The position numbers and the translations under genes are program-made. A stretch of DNA of 64,000 nucleotides from Trichoplax sp. H2 (taxonomy: Eukaryota). Numbering within the stretch: the stretch's first letter is position 1; every line of letters starts with the position of its first letter. This document shows, piece by piece, positions 27,501-41,188 of the stretch. Below the pieces are notes generated by a model that saw only the letters and a program-made list of their open reading frames with translations, had not been told where the DNA came from and did not search any database. The DNA is taken from NCBI GenBank assembly GCA_003344405.1, contig NOWV01000182.1, forward strand, positions 62,001 to 126,000, in the 5' to 3' direction.

Positions 27501-29485
27501 TAATGATGTATGCCATTGCCAGTTTAAACCTGATCATGCATATCGCTGCATCATGTCGAGTGCATTAACAGAACCTCCACCCCAAACATTTTCCTCCTGT
27601 AGTCTTGATCAACTAAATATAACTATTCAACAAGGGAAGGTAGACTGTTTATTCAACAAACCGATACAGGTAATAACTCCGCCACGATGCGGTAATGGCC
27701 TACAAGAAAATGGGGAAGAATGTGATTGTGGCTCTTTGCAAGAATGCGCTAATTCTTGTTGTAATGCAACAACTTGTAAATTATATGATGGGGTTCAATG
27801 CCAATCTGGGCCATGCTGCAATCAATGCCATTTTAAAGCTTTTGGTGAATTATGTCGTCAATCTATCAACCAATGTGACTTGCCAGAATATTGTAATGGC
27901 CAATCTGCAGCCTGTCCAGCTGATGTTGTAAAGCAATCTACTACACCTTGTGACAACAGTTCCGGGTATTGTTATCGTGGTAGTTGCTTAACAATTAATC
28001 GCCAATGCAAGACATTATGGGGATCAACTAGCTATCCAGCTCTACCTATATGCTGGAATACATTAAATATTAGAGGTGATAATTACGGATTTTGCAAGCA
28101 AAATGGTAATGATTACAAGCCATGTAATCCAACTGATGTCTATTGCGGTGCTTTACAATGCAATTCGTCAGCTGATAATCCTGTTATAGATAGATCCCAT
28201 AAAACAGCGAAAATTTATTTTCCAAAAGTAATCAGAATTTGCAATTTGATATTTGCATTTAAGTAATTGTGCAGCAGCTTTAAGATTACTTTTTTTGCAG
28301 TTTCACTTTAATAATAGAAATGCAACAAATAGGCTAATGTAAATTTTAAATTGAAGCAGCCAAACACTGATATTATCTCATTTATTTTATAGAATGGCCA
28401 AAATATAGAATGCAAAAGTGTGACGATAAATGATGCAAACAGTATAAATATGTTAAATCATGTAGCTAACGGGACCAAATGCGGACATGATAAAATCTGC
28501 ATTAATCATCAATGCCTTGATATTAATAAGTTAACGGATATAATTCAGTGTTTACCAAGCAATTGCTCTGGACATGGGGTAAGTTTAACTAGCAATCTTT
28601 CATGCGTTGATATTATTATTAATGAAATGTTGAGATCTTAATTATGATTTCTTGATTTAGGTCTGTAATAGCAAAGGTCACTGCCATTGTGATGCAGGCT
28701 ATCGGCCACCGAATTGTCTTCAACCTGGTCACGGAGGAAGTATTGATAGCCATGGTCACGCAGTAATTCTTAATATCACAGCAAATATTTCAGTTAATGT
28801 TACTAGTGGTTTATGGGAAAGTACCATAAAAACAACTAAAACTTCTGGATCGCGATCTTTTGATACTTCAACAACATTGACTGAATTATCCTCAGAACTA
28901 GAAATTTCTGCTTCGTTTACAAAAGGAGCTCCATCAAGTAATAATGAAGTATTGATGCTACTTGTAACGACAACAACGGCAAAACTATTTCAGCCTGGTA
29001 ATAGTGATCTTTCATATATTGACACTAGTAAAACTAATTCAGCCTTACTTGGCCAAGATAACTCAGTTATGACAAGGCTATATTCTAGTAATCTCGTATT
29101 AAATTCCACTACGGAAAAGATTGCAGCAACAACAACCGATCCATTTCCAACGTTAGGTAATAACCAATCAGTGACGAATTCAGCATCAAATACTCCTTTA
29201 ACTAACAATAAAACGACCTTAATAACCATCCTACTAACAGCATCTGCCGCTGCTGCTATTATTGTAATATCTATAATTGGTTATTTGAAGAGGCGTCGAT
29301 GGTGCAAGAAAGCTATTACAGAAGATGAAGTTAGGAAATCTGAAATAGAGGATGATAGAAAGACCGACAAAGCAAGCAGCCTCAGGATCACAAACGGATC
29401 AGGAATACCTACAAAGCTGATTATCCAAATCAATCCGATCGCTACAGCCAGTTCAAAACAGGAAGCAGCAGTTAGCGACACGTAG
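24506..29485 (+). CDS. ADAM family membrane metalloprotease-disintegrin (ADAM12/19/33-like architecture), catalytic motif intact
   Basis: Exons 24506-24539 (tentative), 24642-25102, 26088-26462, 26571-26787, 27368-28227, 28393-28578 and 28661-29485 all join in frame. Furin-type RRRR, HELGHNLGMRHD, Met-turn CIMS, disintegrin (CGNG..EECDCG..CDLPEYC), Cys-rich and EGF domains (CSGHGVCNSKGHCHC..GGSIDS), Ser/Thr stalk, TM (LITILLTASAAAAIIVISIIGYL), then KRRR and a cytoplasmic tail. Confidence 0.93.
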
Positions 29486-30065
29486 GGTAATAACTAAAAA
29501 GGCTCGTTACGATTGTCTATGCGTGGCTGGGCTCGCGAGAATTGTCTTAAAAGCAGACTCTAGTGGTTTAATAAACTTTAGCTAATCCGGTATATTTAAA
29601 TTAGTAATCCTTATCTTGAATCTGCTAAATATACCAACACAATGTGTAAAATCGTTTTTTTATCAATGTAAAAATGTGTTAAAGGATCTTAAGCACTACA
29701 CAAATATTAAACTATTTATGAATCGTTATCCAACAAATGATTTTAAAATTTATTTATAGACTGATTTCAGAGACTGAAGAAGATCATTATCAGTCAACGT
29801 GTACATTTTTATATCTAATAGATTATTAATATTTAATCACCTACTACAGCAGGCGATTCTTTCCAATATCAATCAAAGAAAGTACTGTATACATTACAAA
29901 ATGTTTCTTATCAGCTACATGTAAAATTTAAGATTATGACTTATTACTGATAATAAATCAATTTTGGAGATCATTTTTATCGTTTCAACGAATACCACTG
30001 GCAGTCAGAATATTCTGGTAAACTGGTTCGCACTTTTATATACAATAAAAGTAAGCAAAGCAACG

Positions 30066-33000
30066 CTACTGGCTGCCTTCATCCAAGGTAACGCTAATAT
30101 TACCTTGAGACTCTCCATGATCAGTATCTTGAGATGCTTTAAAGGACCAAATCTGGCAGTAAATACATAGCGGTTTATCAATCGTGTTACCATAATGTAG
30201 TGCATATATAATCAATTAAATGTAAACAAATTAATTTTCTGCAGAATGAAAAATGTAATCGTGGCTATAAAACATAAGTTCTACCATTAACGTTTTCATC
30301 TGCATTACCGTTTTCTCATCTGCGGTCATTTGACGCCATTTTTTCGTTGCCAGACTGATAATTTCTCGATGTGCCGCAGTAGGATTTTCTTTTTCTAAAT
30401 GCGATCGGATTGAATCGAACCAAAGTGTGAACGATGAGACCCTAAAAAGAAATTGTTTATTCAGATTATGTTGTAGGATAATGTAATCGTCACTTTTTTT
30501 TCCGACTGACTTGGTCTTTTTTTCCTTCACTTCCGGTTTTTCTTCGGCTTTTCGAGTCTCTTTAAGGGTGTCAAATAACTTCGCTTGGCGCTATAAAGTA
30601 TGCGTGATGCAAAAGTTAAACAGTTACTTAGTTATTCTCACTTAGTCGTAAATAGTGATGGCAGTGTCAAATCATACCTGAACTTTAACTTTTTTCATAT
30701 TTTCTCGCTTTTGTTCTAAAACGTTAATAACTAATGTTAATGGCACGAACGTGAACAGATTTCATGATAATAATTGTAACTGAGTACCTGCAGGATTTCC
30801 AGGATAACCTCTTCGTTTAGGAGTAATGTCACTATTCGTAAGATTATCGAAATAGCTCATACCCCTTAATCGTGACGTCTTACTGGGGCTCTCAGATACC
30901 TGTCAATCAAATTTGTAAATTAAAATCTTCTTTCTAAAACTTAAGTATCTATATCGAGTGTCGAATTGCTCATACTTTGAAAGGATTAGAGGCTTCAACA
31001 ACAGGCATGAGACGATCTGCTATGTTAAATATAATAAATCTACTTAAATCTAGGTGTATATGTAGTACTATACATGACCCAACTATAACTTCTAAAGCTG
31101 TACTTACCCTTGCCGTCAAGTGAATCAGCATTACTTAAAAATGAACTATTCTTTACTTGTTCATCTTCGAACCTATAGTATATGTTTACAAATTGCGAAT
31201 AACATTATAAAAAAGTAATGTCCGAAATATTACGAAAATGGACTAAAAAAATTTTGGATATGATAACTAACTCATTTTCAGCGGTTCTGGAATTCTTCTT
31301 ATGCGATACGATGCCACTCCCGTTATCTGTTTGTAATTCTTCATTTCGTTTTGTTAGAGGACTAGCATATTCCCTTGAAAGAGCAGATAAATCGCTAAAA
31401 AACTTTCGCCGCGGAGGTTCCAGGAAATTACCGCCTCCCTCCTCCTCTTCCTCTTCATCTTCTTCAATTTCTAGATTATCACCTAATTCCATTCTTCGCT
31501 GATAAATATCTTCCAATTTTTGAGATAACGCCATTCGCCTATTACGCGCAGCATATTTAATAGCTAAGCTAATCTGTAAAAGAAATAATAGTTGCTATTT
31601 CCCAATATACATTTGAATTCCAATAAAAGTACATATACATACGGTATGTTCATCAGATAATAGTTCACATAATTCCGCTGCACGAAATTCACGATCAGAC
31701 TTACATGCCAACTGAAATCAATATTGATATGAGTATATTATTGACATGGATATTTTAAGAGAAACTGTTGTATTCTCATGTCAATAAGTAAAAACAATAA
31801 AATGCTACTATGTAATTCATAGTATTCACCGCAAATAGTTTCATAATAGTAGCGTTTTGTTCCTTCACGTTGTTTCCATCATGGAGCTTCATAAATTTAG
31901 CATTGTTATTCCAAAGATATCTTTCCTATTAACATGCATTGTCCAGTTACGTTTCATCAAGTTTAATTATATTTAGAACTATTAAGTAAGCCCAACCTCA
32001 AGGGAGCTTTTGTCGGTATTTATCTCGCATAAGGGAATTTGAAGTGGTAATACGGTCGCCACGGGACGTGGTACAGTAGAAGGATAAGCGGACGCTTTAC
32101 ATAAAATACAGCGCAGCTGGCGTGAGTTGCCATTTAGCCCAATTGCCCAATAAGTATCTGATTTGTTTTTCGACTGATAAAAGCATTTCATGTATTAATT
32201 TTAAGACGACATATATAGTTAATATCAAAAAAGTAGCAATGAGAGGATTGCTGAGTCATTATGCTAGCATACCAGCTGTCTGGCATTTAGCACAGGAATC
32301 CAACTATAACCATACGATTTTTGTAATACTCTCACTATTCCAGCAGTATCGTAAGTGACGGGTACGCCTTCATCACTGAAACTATACGTTCACGTAAAGA
32401 TTAGAATTATACAATGATAAATAATAGCCGCCAGCTTTTCATTGCAATACACAATACAATTACTATTACCCTAGCCATGATAGCTTTGATCCAGGTGTGA
32501 TAGGTAAAGCAGGTTCTAAATATTTATAAATGGAACGACCTTTCTTAGCATCAATGATCTTAACATTAAATCGCTGATTATTGTCGAAAGGTACTCCAGC
32601 ATGATACACCACCATAATGATATCATCATGTCCTGACATGGCTACAACAGGGCCTGCCAAAGTAAATATTCCTAATTGTATTCCTGATATCGAATATATT
32701 CTAACGTTAAAATTGTCAGTGGCTGCAGCTACCCAGGTTTTACCAGCAGCAATGGCCTACAACATAATTAGGTTAAATACACGTAAGTACACCGATAGTA
32801 AGAAACTAAAAGTAATGCATCAAGATACCTTAATAATCTCTTTTTCTGGCATGGTAGTTGACCATTCTTTGGAGTTATCCCAGGTAGAGAAATGTAAACA
32901 AACTAAAGTACTAGTAGTAAGGATTACAAATTAAAAGATAAAATTAGTACTTCTAGTATAACTACTCGATCATTACCTATCGAAATAAACCATTGAAATT

Positions 33001-36000
33001 ATATTGTATTGTAGTGATCTAGCTTGAATAGTGGCAAAGTAAATGAAATGTTGGTGCTAATGCTAACTGTATTACCTAGCCATACTATCATTTCCTTCAG
33101 AAGCAAGAAGAAGAGATTGCGATGATAAAGCTGCCAAGCTATGATTTAGATGATTAGCAATATGTAATGCATGATGCGTAGTGACATCATGAAATTCTAC
33201 ATCAATTGACGATAGATCATCTTCTGTGTGATGATGCACAACACCAACAGAGTTCCACATCTAAGTGAAAGCGAACATAATTAGATTATATCGTCACTTC
33301 ATGCACGTTATGAATTTTAGTATCCAACCATAATTCGATGATTCAGGTATTTTGGTGTTGAACCAGGCTGAAATTCCCGTTGTAGTGTGATGGCAACGGG
33401 TTTAGGCTGCCTCCGTACGGTCTATGGCCCGTGTCGTAATAACATACATTAAAATGGATCATAAAGCCGGAGCGTTAGTACATAAATATAAAATGCCATT
33501 TTAAAGTTATATTTGACAACTTTATTCCTAACCACTTTGTCATCTTCAACAATAAATCTATCAAGGTTGTTGTCTATTCCGGACGATAGACCTAAAAAGT
33601 CAGAGCTAATTATTTCATATTGCCAGCCTTGTCTTTAATGAAATAACTGCAACCTCAAAAAAAAGATTGTGTGTTACTTTTCTCATACTTATATTGTCAT
33701 CTTCTTCCTCTGCGCTGTCGATAACAAAATTGCTACGTTTACACCTCTTTTGCTGGTCCAATACCATTTCATCGTCCAATGAATCGATATCCTTTAGATC
33801 AATTCCATTGTTTACATCATCATCTGCATCCTTTTTCAAAGTCTGATGTATTTTCTGAAGACAGCAGACAGGTAGAATTTAATGAAATATATTTTTAACT
33901 GAAAATTATCCTACAATGTAATATACCCTTTTTTCACTAGATTTCTTTAATAAATCTTCTGGAATAATATTGCTACAGATGCCTAATTGACCCTATCAAG
34001 ATAAAGACGGATAATTCTTTAATCAAAAGTATACACTGATTTAAAGGTATATGAAACTTCTTCCTTACCTCGATATCAGTATAGGCAATTTCGTTAGCAG
34101 ACGGGTGCCAAGACAGACCAGTAATTTTTAGGTTTTTATCGTGCGTTACCCTATCGGTACAGTGTTTTGGAACGAGTACAGAAATAGAATTTAGCGCAAA
34201 CTTTATACGGGAGAAAAGAACGATAGTTAAAAATAGAAGTATTTTAATAACATACTTATCAATTACTTCTTCCCTGGATACATTCCAAATAATTATGACT
34301 CCATCATCTCCAGCGGAAGCCAAATATTTACCATTGGGAGACCATACCAAAGTACTTATGATCTATACAAATTGAGGTTAAATTTAATATATTGCACATA
34401 TCTTCCTAGCGGTAACTATCTCTATTACATACGTTTTCATGACCATTTTCACTCAAATTTCCAATTTTTTTCCAGGAAGAACGCTTATATAGCTGTATAT
34501 TCAATGTACAAATATCGCTTAAATTGCGCTATGACTGGTAGCAACAACATATCAGTTTATCAATACTAACCTCAATAGCACAGTCTATGGGTATTGCTAA
34601 TAATTCTCCACTCTTAGGTTGCCAGGCTAAACGACAAAACGATTTAGTGGCCGAAACATCATTGCATTTAGGCAAAATGGATAGCGAATGACTGCAATCC
34701 TGTATTTGTTAAGGCAATAGTAAGATTGTGTTAATTTGTCCATCAATTGCTTCCCAAGTGTCGGATGCATTGTTGTACTATTTATGATTTTATTATCCTA
34801 ATAATGCAAACATTGTCGAAATTGCATCTTACATAAGTTTTCATATCCCAAATTTTCACTGTTCCGTCGCAACTTGACGATACCTAGGTGATGTATTGAA
34901 ATTGAACCAAGTCACTAACAGAAACACAGTTTTGAGAATTTACGCTGCATGTACGGTAATCATTTTACCAAATAACTGTCAGTTGGATCGAATGCTACGG
35001 TGAGTATAGGAGCTTCGTGACCAGTTAAAGTATGATTGTTATAGTTATTAACAGAGACAACTTTAATTTCGAAATCCCTTAATAAATAATTATAAGATAT
35101 ATATCAGACATTTTATCAGCAACAGTTAAGTCAAGTTAAAAATATATATATATATTGAACGCCACTACATGACGGAACAACTGTGACATGACTACTTTAT
35201 TCAATGTATTTTAAATCTGGAAATCCATTCATTTCGTCTATAATATTCTTTATCCCATGCATATGTTAACAAATGCTATCCAATTTATAAGTCACTATTA
35301 ACATCAGCTTACTCAGCTCCGGCAGCAACTTTATCTCCATGTTGATTAAAAGTGACATGAGAAACTTGCGCTGTAAATCGTGTTACGATTCCATCAGGGG
35401 TACCCTAAGGAAACATAATACCATTGTCAATGACGAAGCATTGCTTGAAGCCTATGAGCGACAGCAAGAGCACAATCCATACGCACAAAGACGATTGTAG
35501 GCGCACAGCAGTACACTTTATCAAGAAAAGTGTTTGCGACAATTTACCGTTGGAAAAGAATACATCCACACAGAATTACTTTCACCAACAGCGACAAGGA
35601 AATTATTCTGAAATGATTTGATATCAGGATGAGAAAAGATTGATCTTGAGCATATCCGTCTGAGTATTAGAAATACTACTGCAGCTGTCTTACGAAGTCG
35701 TTTAAATTACTTTCTACACGTGATAACTATTAGTCAAACATATATATTAGACGCTGTAGGCAATGCCGTTTGAACTAAGAGCAATTCAATTACAAATGGC
35801 ATCATGAATGATTTGCTTCTGTTATCAAAGTCTCTAACTTCCATTTACACCGTTGTATTTGAGATAGAAGCATTGCTAACGATGCATACGATCGAGTACA
35901 AAATATAGTCACTGAATTATTTCATAATTAAAAAATTCATAGTGAGTAATTGCCATTTATAATACCTTAACAGCAATACTGTTTACTGGATGCTTGACTC

Positions 36001-36403
36001 CAACTGAAACTGGATCATCATCGTCGTGACCATGGTAAATTCTAACATCGCCATCACTACCTGCTGTTGCTAAATGCCTATAGCAAGAAATACAGTCCAT
36101 CAAGCCGTATGTTTCATTTTAATTATTGAATGCTAAAGACTACTTTTTGCTCTATCCATTCGTCTCCTGACCAAACAAAATCACTGTGACATCCTTTAAT
36201 TTTTATTAACACTATTGCATAGGTGATCGTTTCTTATTTTACTCCGAGTGCTACATCAGTGTAGGAGACCATACGTACACGTTACGTTGAAAGCTACTCT
36301 ATCAACGAAGCATTAGGCTGACTTACTCTCCATTAGAACTATAGCAAACATCGGTATGGCCTTCGCTGTGAGCAAATCTCATACATTCCTTGACTATAAC
36401 CAT
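30066..36403 (-). CDS. WDHD1: WD repeat and HMG-box DNA-binding protein 1 (AND-1/Ctf4), many short exons
   Basis: N-terminus MVIVKECMRFAHSEGHTDVCY...AGSDGDVRIY...DDDP; GTPDGIVTRFT; WD40 repeats; SepB region FQPGSTP..HRIMMWNSVGVV..DVEFHD; LRCILCK..YP.TVPRP; C-terminal HMG box (FTLWF...KKWRQMTADEKT|IW). Stop TAG at 30068-30066. Confidence 0.95.
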
Positions 36404-36969
36404 TTCTATTGAAAAATTGAACAAGAAGGATAAAAATCTCTTTTAGTGATGAGTATCCATATCCATACGAGCTTTTTGCACAAGAAGATCACTCACGAAC
36501 ATGCATGAATGATATCCTATCTTTGATGGACAATGTCCGTTACGACATGATAGCAAAGCAACCTCAAAGCCTAAAATATGCAATTCTACTATCAAGCCTA
36601 TCTATCTAGCACCTATTATTATTCCATACCTTAGCTCTCTCTGAATATGAACAACAGTAATGAATGATTCCTTGGTTGAGAAAAGTTGAGATCAACTTGA
36701 TGGATTCTGATGTCTGTAGGGCAAGAGTCAATGCTGTCAGGGATTTCTTGCTTTGACAGTCTCTCTCTCCAATCAATTGGTGAATGTCCTCCAACAACAG
36801 TAATGGTGGTTTTAATGACTGCAATGGATTTTAAACCAGTATTTCATGCAATAGTAGAAGGGATAGCTGCAATGTTCATCTATTTGTAGCCAAGAAATGA
36901 TTTGATTGGATCGCTAAAGAGAGCTGCTCCAGCGACAGCATTCATTCTTTATTATTTTGATGGATTGGA

Positions 36970-36980
36970 TTTCGCGCCAA
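36970..36980. promoter_or_regulatory. E2F-type site TTTCGCGCCAA with adjacent inverted CCAAT boxes, upstream of WDHD1
   Basis: Exact match to the TTTSSCGC consensus. GATTGG occurs at ~36905 and ~36963. Confidence 0.55.
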
Positions 36981-36984
36981 GTTG

Positions 36985-38150
36985 AATGTACCGTGTACAG
37001 TACACGTAGTACAGTACTGTACAATATATACTGTACAAGTGTACTGTACTGTAGATGTCCATTGTCCAGGACGGTAGACTGTCAAGGGCCGATTCTGTGT
37101 AGCTCAGAACTGTACTCTACAGTACGTCTGGTAGACTCCACTGGTGTCGTTTCGGTAGCATTGCTATTTTCGCAACTAACTTCGTTCTCAGTGAAAATAC
37201 ACTTCGCATCATTTTGGACTTGCCTTAATTGCTTACTGTAATTACTGTACTGTAAGTCACGGTAGTGACAGTGTTGGCAAGGGTAATGCTCTGTGACTTT
37301 TTCTATATTCTATACAACATTACAATCCATTGACAGTATGAGTCTGAATTGGATATTGAGATAGACATGATGCATTAAGATGAAAGCCAGAGTACAGTTA
37401 CGCAAAGCATGCTGAAATACTATACTGTATGGCTTGATTTGCCTGTGCATCTCATAGTGCTGTACAGTTCGTGTCGAGTTGAAGCGTCAACCACTTTGTA
37501 AAGCGAGACTACGGTACAGTGTACAGTGTACAGTACGTAGAACAAACTACAGTACAGTACTGTACAGTACACTGAGTACAGTACATTAGAAAAGGTGTAC
37601 AGTACAGTACTGTACTGTACTGTACTGTACTGTAGTGTTTGATTTGCCTGTGCATCTCATAGTGCTGTAGTTCGTGTCGAGTTACAGGCACTTTGTAAAG
37701 CAAGACTACAGTACAGTGTACAGTACCGCGTTCCACCGTACTATACTGTACTGTAGAACAAACGACACTAGAAATGATGTACAGTACTGTAGTGTTTGAT
37801 TTGCCTGTCTATCTCATAGTGCTGTAGTTGTAGTTCGTGTCGTGTTGAAGCCTCAACCACCTTGTAAAGCAAGACTACAGTACAGTGTACAGTGTACAGT
37901 ACCGCGTTCCACCGTACTGTACTGTACAACCAGCGACCCTACAAATGGTGTCGTTGGTTCAAGTATTTTCCCGCCAACATGCGCTGGAAATGTGATCGTA
38001 GTGTACAGTGTACAGTACGATCACTGCTACCAGCATACTGTAGCAGTCTGATGCTATGGGTACAGGAGGTCCAGTACAGTACAGTAGACTACAGTACAAC
38101 TCAGGATAACTACAGTCCAGTGGTGCACTGTAGCGAGGAGACTGTACCTC
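36985..38150. repeat. TACAG/CTGTA-rich low-complexity region containing three copies of a ~160-205 bp unit
   Basis: The core ttgatttgcctgt(g/c)..tctcatagtgctgt...gttcgtgtcg recurs at 37434, 37639 and 37796, between dense (GTACA)n and (TGTAC)n tracts. Confidence 0.85.
37967..37977. promoter_or_regulatory. E2F-type site TTTCCCGCCAA ~300 bp upstream of the RAD51AP1 ATG
   Basis: Exact match to the TTTSSCGC consensus, in a promoter-proximal position of a DNA repair gene. Confidence 0.55.
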
Positions 38151-38269
38151 CTGCAGGAACAATGACAAGGGAATCCACTATTGCTGGAGGAGAGAAATGA
38201 TCCAATCTTTTGTCCGCCTTGGCTCTAATTTCTGAATGAAAACGACTTGCATCGGATGCAGTTTCCACC

Positions 38270-41188
38270 ATGTCTTCTTTAAGGTACGCTATTTGATGGT
38301 ATCCATTGGTTCAAATGCATGTCGAAAGGCATCCTTGTTATTGCACACCAATCAATAGTGTTGGAAGAAAGAATTGGACGGTAGTCATGTAGTGGAAAAT
38401 GCGCAGTAAAACAACAACAACAGCGATCGGACATGACACTAGCTTAGAAAGCGTCTTTCTCAATCAGTCATTCCTGAATCAAGATAGTGTTACATATCCA
38501 AAACGATTTGCTAAACAGTCTGTAGCATGTTATTGCAACCAGGAGGAACTTTACCCTCAACTTTTACTGTCTTCATGCTAAATAAAGGTGGCATCATGTT
38601 AGTCTACAGTATTTCAAAATCGATCTCCACAAGACCACAGTCGGAATAGACTGCAGTAAGAGTGCTTTCGGTATTCATTGTTGCCTTTTCTATCCTACTC
38701 CGAAATCATGAAGCTCACTTGTCCTTCAATAACTCGAGCATCATCACACCATAGATAGATACTTCCTTGCATAGAACATACCATTTTGTCTACTACCAAA
38801 GATGGATCGCTTTCTACCCATGAATGGCGTCGCTCCTGTGCTACTGTAGTAGATACTTACTGTAGTCTGCTTGATTGAATCAATTCACTTGCAGGAGCAA
38901 AACGGGATGACTGTTTCATTTGACACAAGTTAATTGACAACTTTTTTTATCACCCACAGAGCTCGAAAACAAATCGACTACAGCAAGTTTGATGTGGTAG
39001 AAGACGCCAGTGATGGTAATGTACCTCCAACATATTTCATATTCAATATCAAACTTGTTTATCTACGGTATTGATGATCTCGATCTGGATCATCAATATG
39101 AACAACAGTCATCAATGATAGTCTAGTCGGATTAATGTAGTTTACAACTGACTCAAATTGCTACCGTACTGTCTAATCCTATATATGGACATATCGAAAA
39201 TCAGTCATGTAAAAGTGGATCAATTTTCTTTCTAGATGACTTTCAGGAAACGTCACAAGGTAAAAAAACAAAATCAACATCCCGCAAAGGGAAGGAAAAG
39301 AAGGAAACTCTATCGAAAAATGCTACACCAGCAACCAACAACTTAGCAAGCCCTAACAAACCTAGGTAATCGAGTACACTAACGCTAGAAAAAGGCTACA
39401 GTTGCGCTTCCAGGCTTCTATTATCTTTCAATCGTCGTTGATTGGTTCCATGGTCTTTCAACTCAGCACAGTGTGGCTTTAAACCTGTCTAGACTTACAG
39501 TATACGTATTAGCAATACAGATGAACTTATTCGAATCGATGAAAGATTTAAATACCTTACGTAATTTCTGATTACTTGCATTGACTGTCGTCAATCTGTA
39601 GTGATAAAAAGCCTTATTATAATATTGAACCGTAATCCTGCCTTAAGTGGTTTGGATTAGGCCATCTATAGACAGCACAGTATTAGAAATATCGTGCTAC
39701 TGTACTAAATTGATCCAATTCAATCAAGTATTGGAAGCGATTGAAACAGTCATCAGTAAGCAAATGCAGCCTTTCACGGCCAGCGTTATCATCATGGATT
39801 ACTAAAGTCAACATTAACTTTATATTTGTAACTTTCGACAGATTATCGCGTTCCGAAAAAATGTTCCAGCGAGACTTGGAAGCGGCAATTAAAGCCTCTC
39901 AAGATTCAACAGGAGAAAGTAAAAATGAAAGTGGGGAATTAGTTTCGGAGAATTTAGAGGACGACGAAGAAGCAGCTGCTGACTCAGTTCACGAAGGTAT
40001 TTTTTTTTACTGCTTTGCACTGTTGACAGACATTAGTTATAGTTACAATATAGTTTGGAGCTTGAAGTGTAGAGTAAAATAGTAACGTCTCGTCAGCCGA
40101 TAGTTTGCCCTTACCGCTAATCTCGATATAAATTTTTTGGGGGGATTTTGATGACCAAAAGATGAAGCTAAGGAAGAGGAAGAAAGTGAAGAAGGCGAGG
40201 AATCTGATGAGAGCGAAGTTAAGCCGGTTAAGAAAGGTCGCAAAAGAGCTGCTACTGCTGCTGCTTCTACACCTGGACGACCGCGTAGGCAAGCAGCAGT
40301 CAAAAAAAGTAAGAAACAGATAGAAAGCGAAGACGAAGAAGGTAATCAACATCTGATTGAGATCTCTTTTCATAGCTAATGCTTAATGTCAGCCACTGAC
40401 GTTAGAGTTGCTTACTTATTTATTACCGGTACTTAATGATTTTATTAATGGTTTTATGTTGTTGCTCAAACTTTCTTAAATAGATGATGACGATGATGAG
40501 AGTGCTTTCTCTGCTGAGGAAGAGGAAGAGGATGAAGACGATGAAGACAGCAGCAATAGCAGTGATATTAGCGAGGAATTCGTACTTCAGCCTAAAGGAT
40601 CCAAGAAAAAGACGCCGGCTACGACTAAGAAAGGTAAAAAAGCAGCAGCAACCAACAATAAGCGTCAAAAAGTTACACCCCGTAAAGCTAAGCCTGCTGT
40701 CAAAAAAACTGCTAGCCCTAGAAAGATCAACCTCGATAAAATCAAACCAAATCGCCCTCGTCCTCGATGGAATGTTACTGGTAAGTGCTATTCAGCAATT
40801 TTTATAAAACTGTTAAAAAGCAATGAATCTTACTACGTATTCATGAACCTATCACATAAACCAGTTGTAAATAAGGCAGACAATACTCCCGGTAAGAAGG
40901 GGCGAAGTATTGGTAAATCTGGAAGAAAGAGTCTTGGAATGTCAAGAAGTTCTTCTACATGTAAGACACATGAAGGCTATGCTTTTCTCGTCCATTTCAA
41001 TTTTGTACACATTTTATTTATTGCTGCTTTTGAATAATTATTAATTTGTAGCCAACTCCGGACTGGGAAGTACTCCTCTACCATCCCCAGGTTCCGTTGC
41101 AAGTCCCTCAGCAGCGGTAGTTCGAGTCGGTTTATCCAAAAAGCAGTCTGTAAAGCCGCTGCATCCAAGCGCTAATAATAGCAAATGA
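38270..41188 (+). CDS. RAD51AP1: RAD51-associated protein 1 (RAD51AP1/NUCKS family)
   Basis: Exons 38270-38283, 38960-39015, 39236-39365, 39842-39996, 40162-40341, 40484-40780, 40865-40960 and 41052-41188 are in frame. Motifs: RARKQIDYSKF..SDDDF, KMFQRDLEAAIKAS, acidic tracts, PRW, and C-terminal VRVGLSKKQSVKPLHP, which matches the RAD51AP1 RAD51-binding tail. Confidence 0.85.

Noticed and set aside
36957-38200. Several Cys/Tyr/Thr/Val-rich ORFs
   Set aside because: Translations of the TACAG/CTGTA simple repeat.
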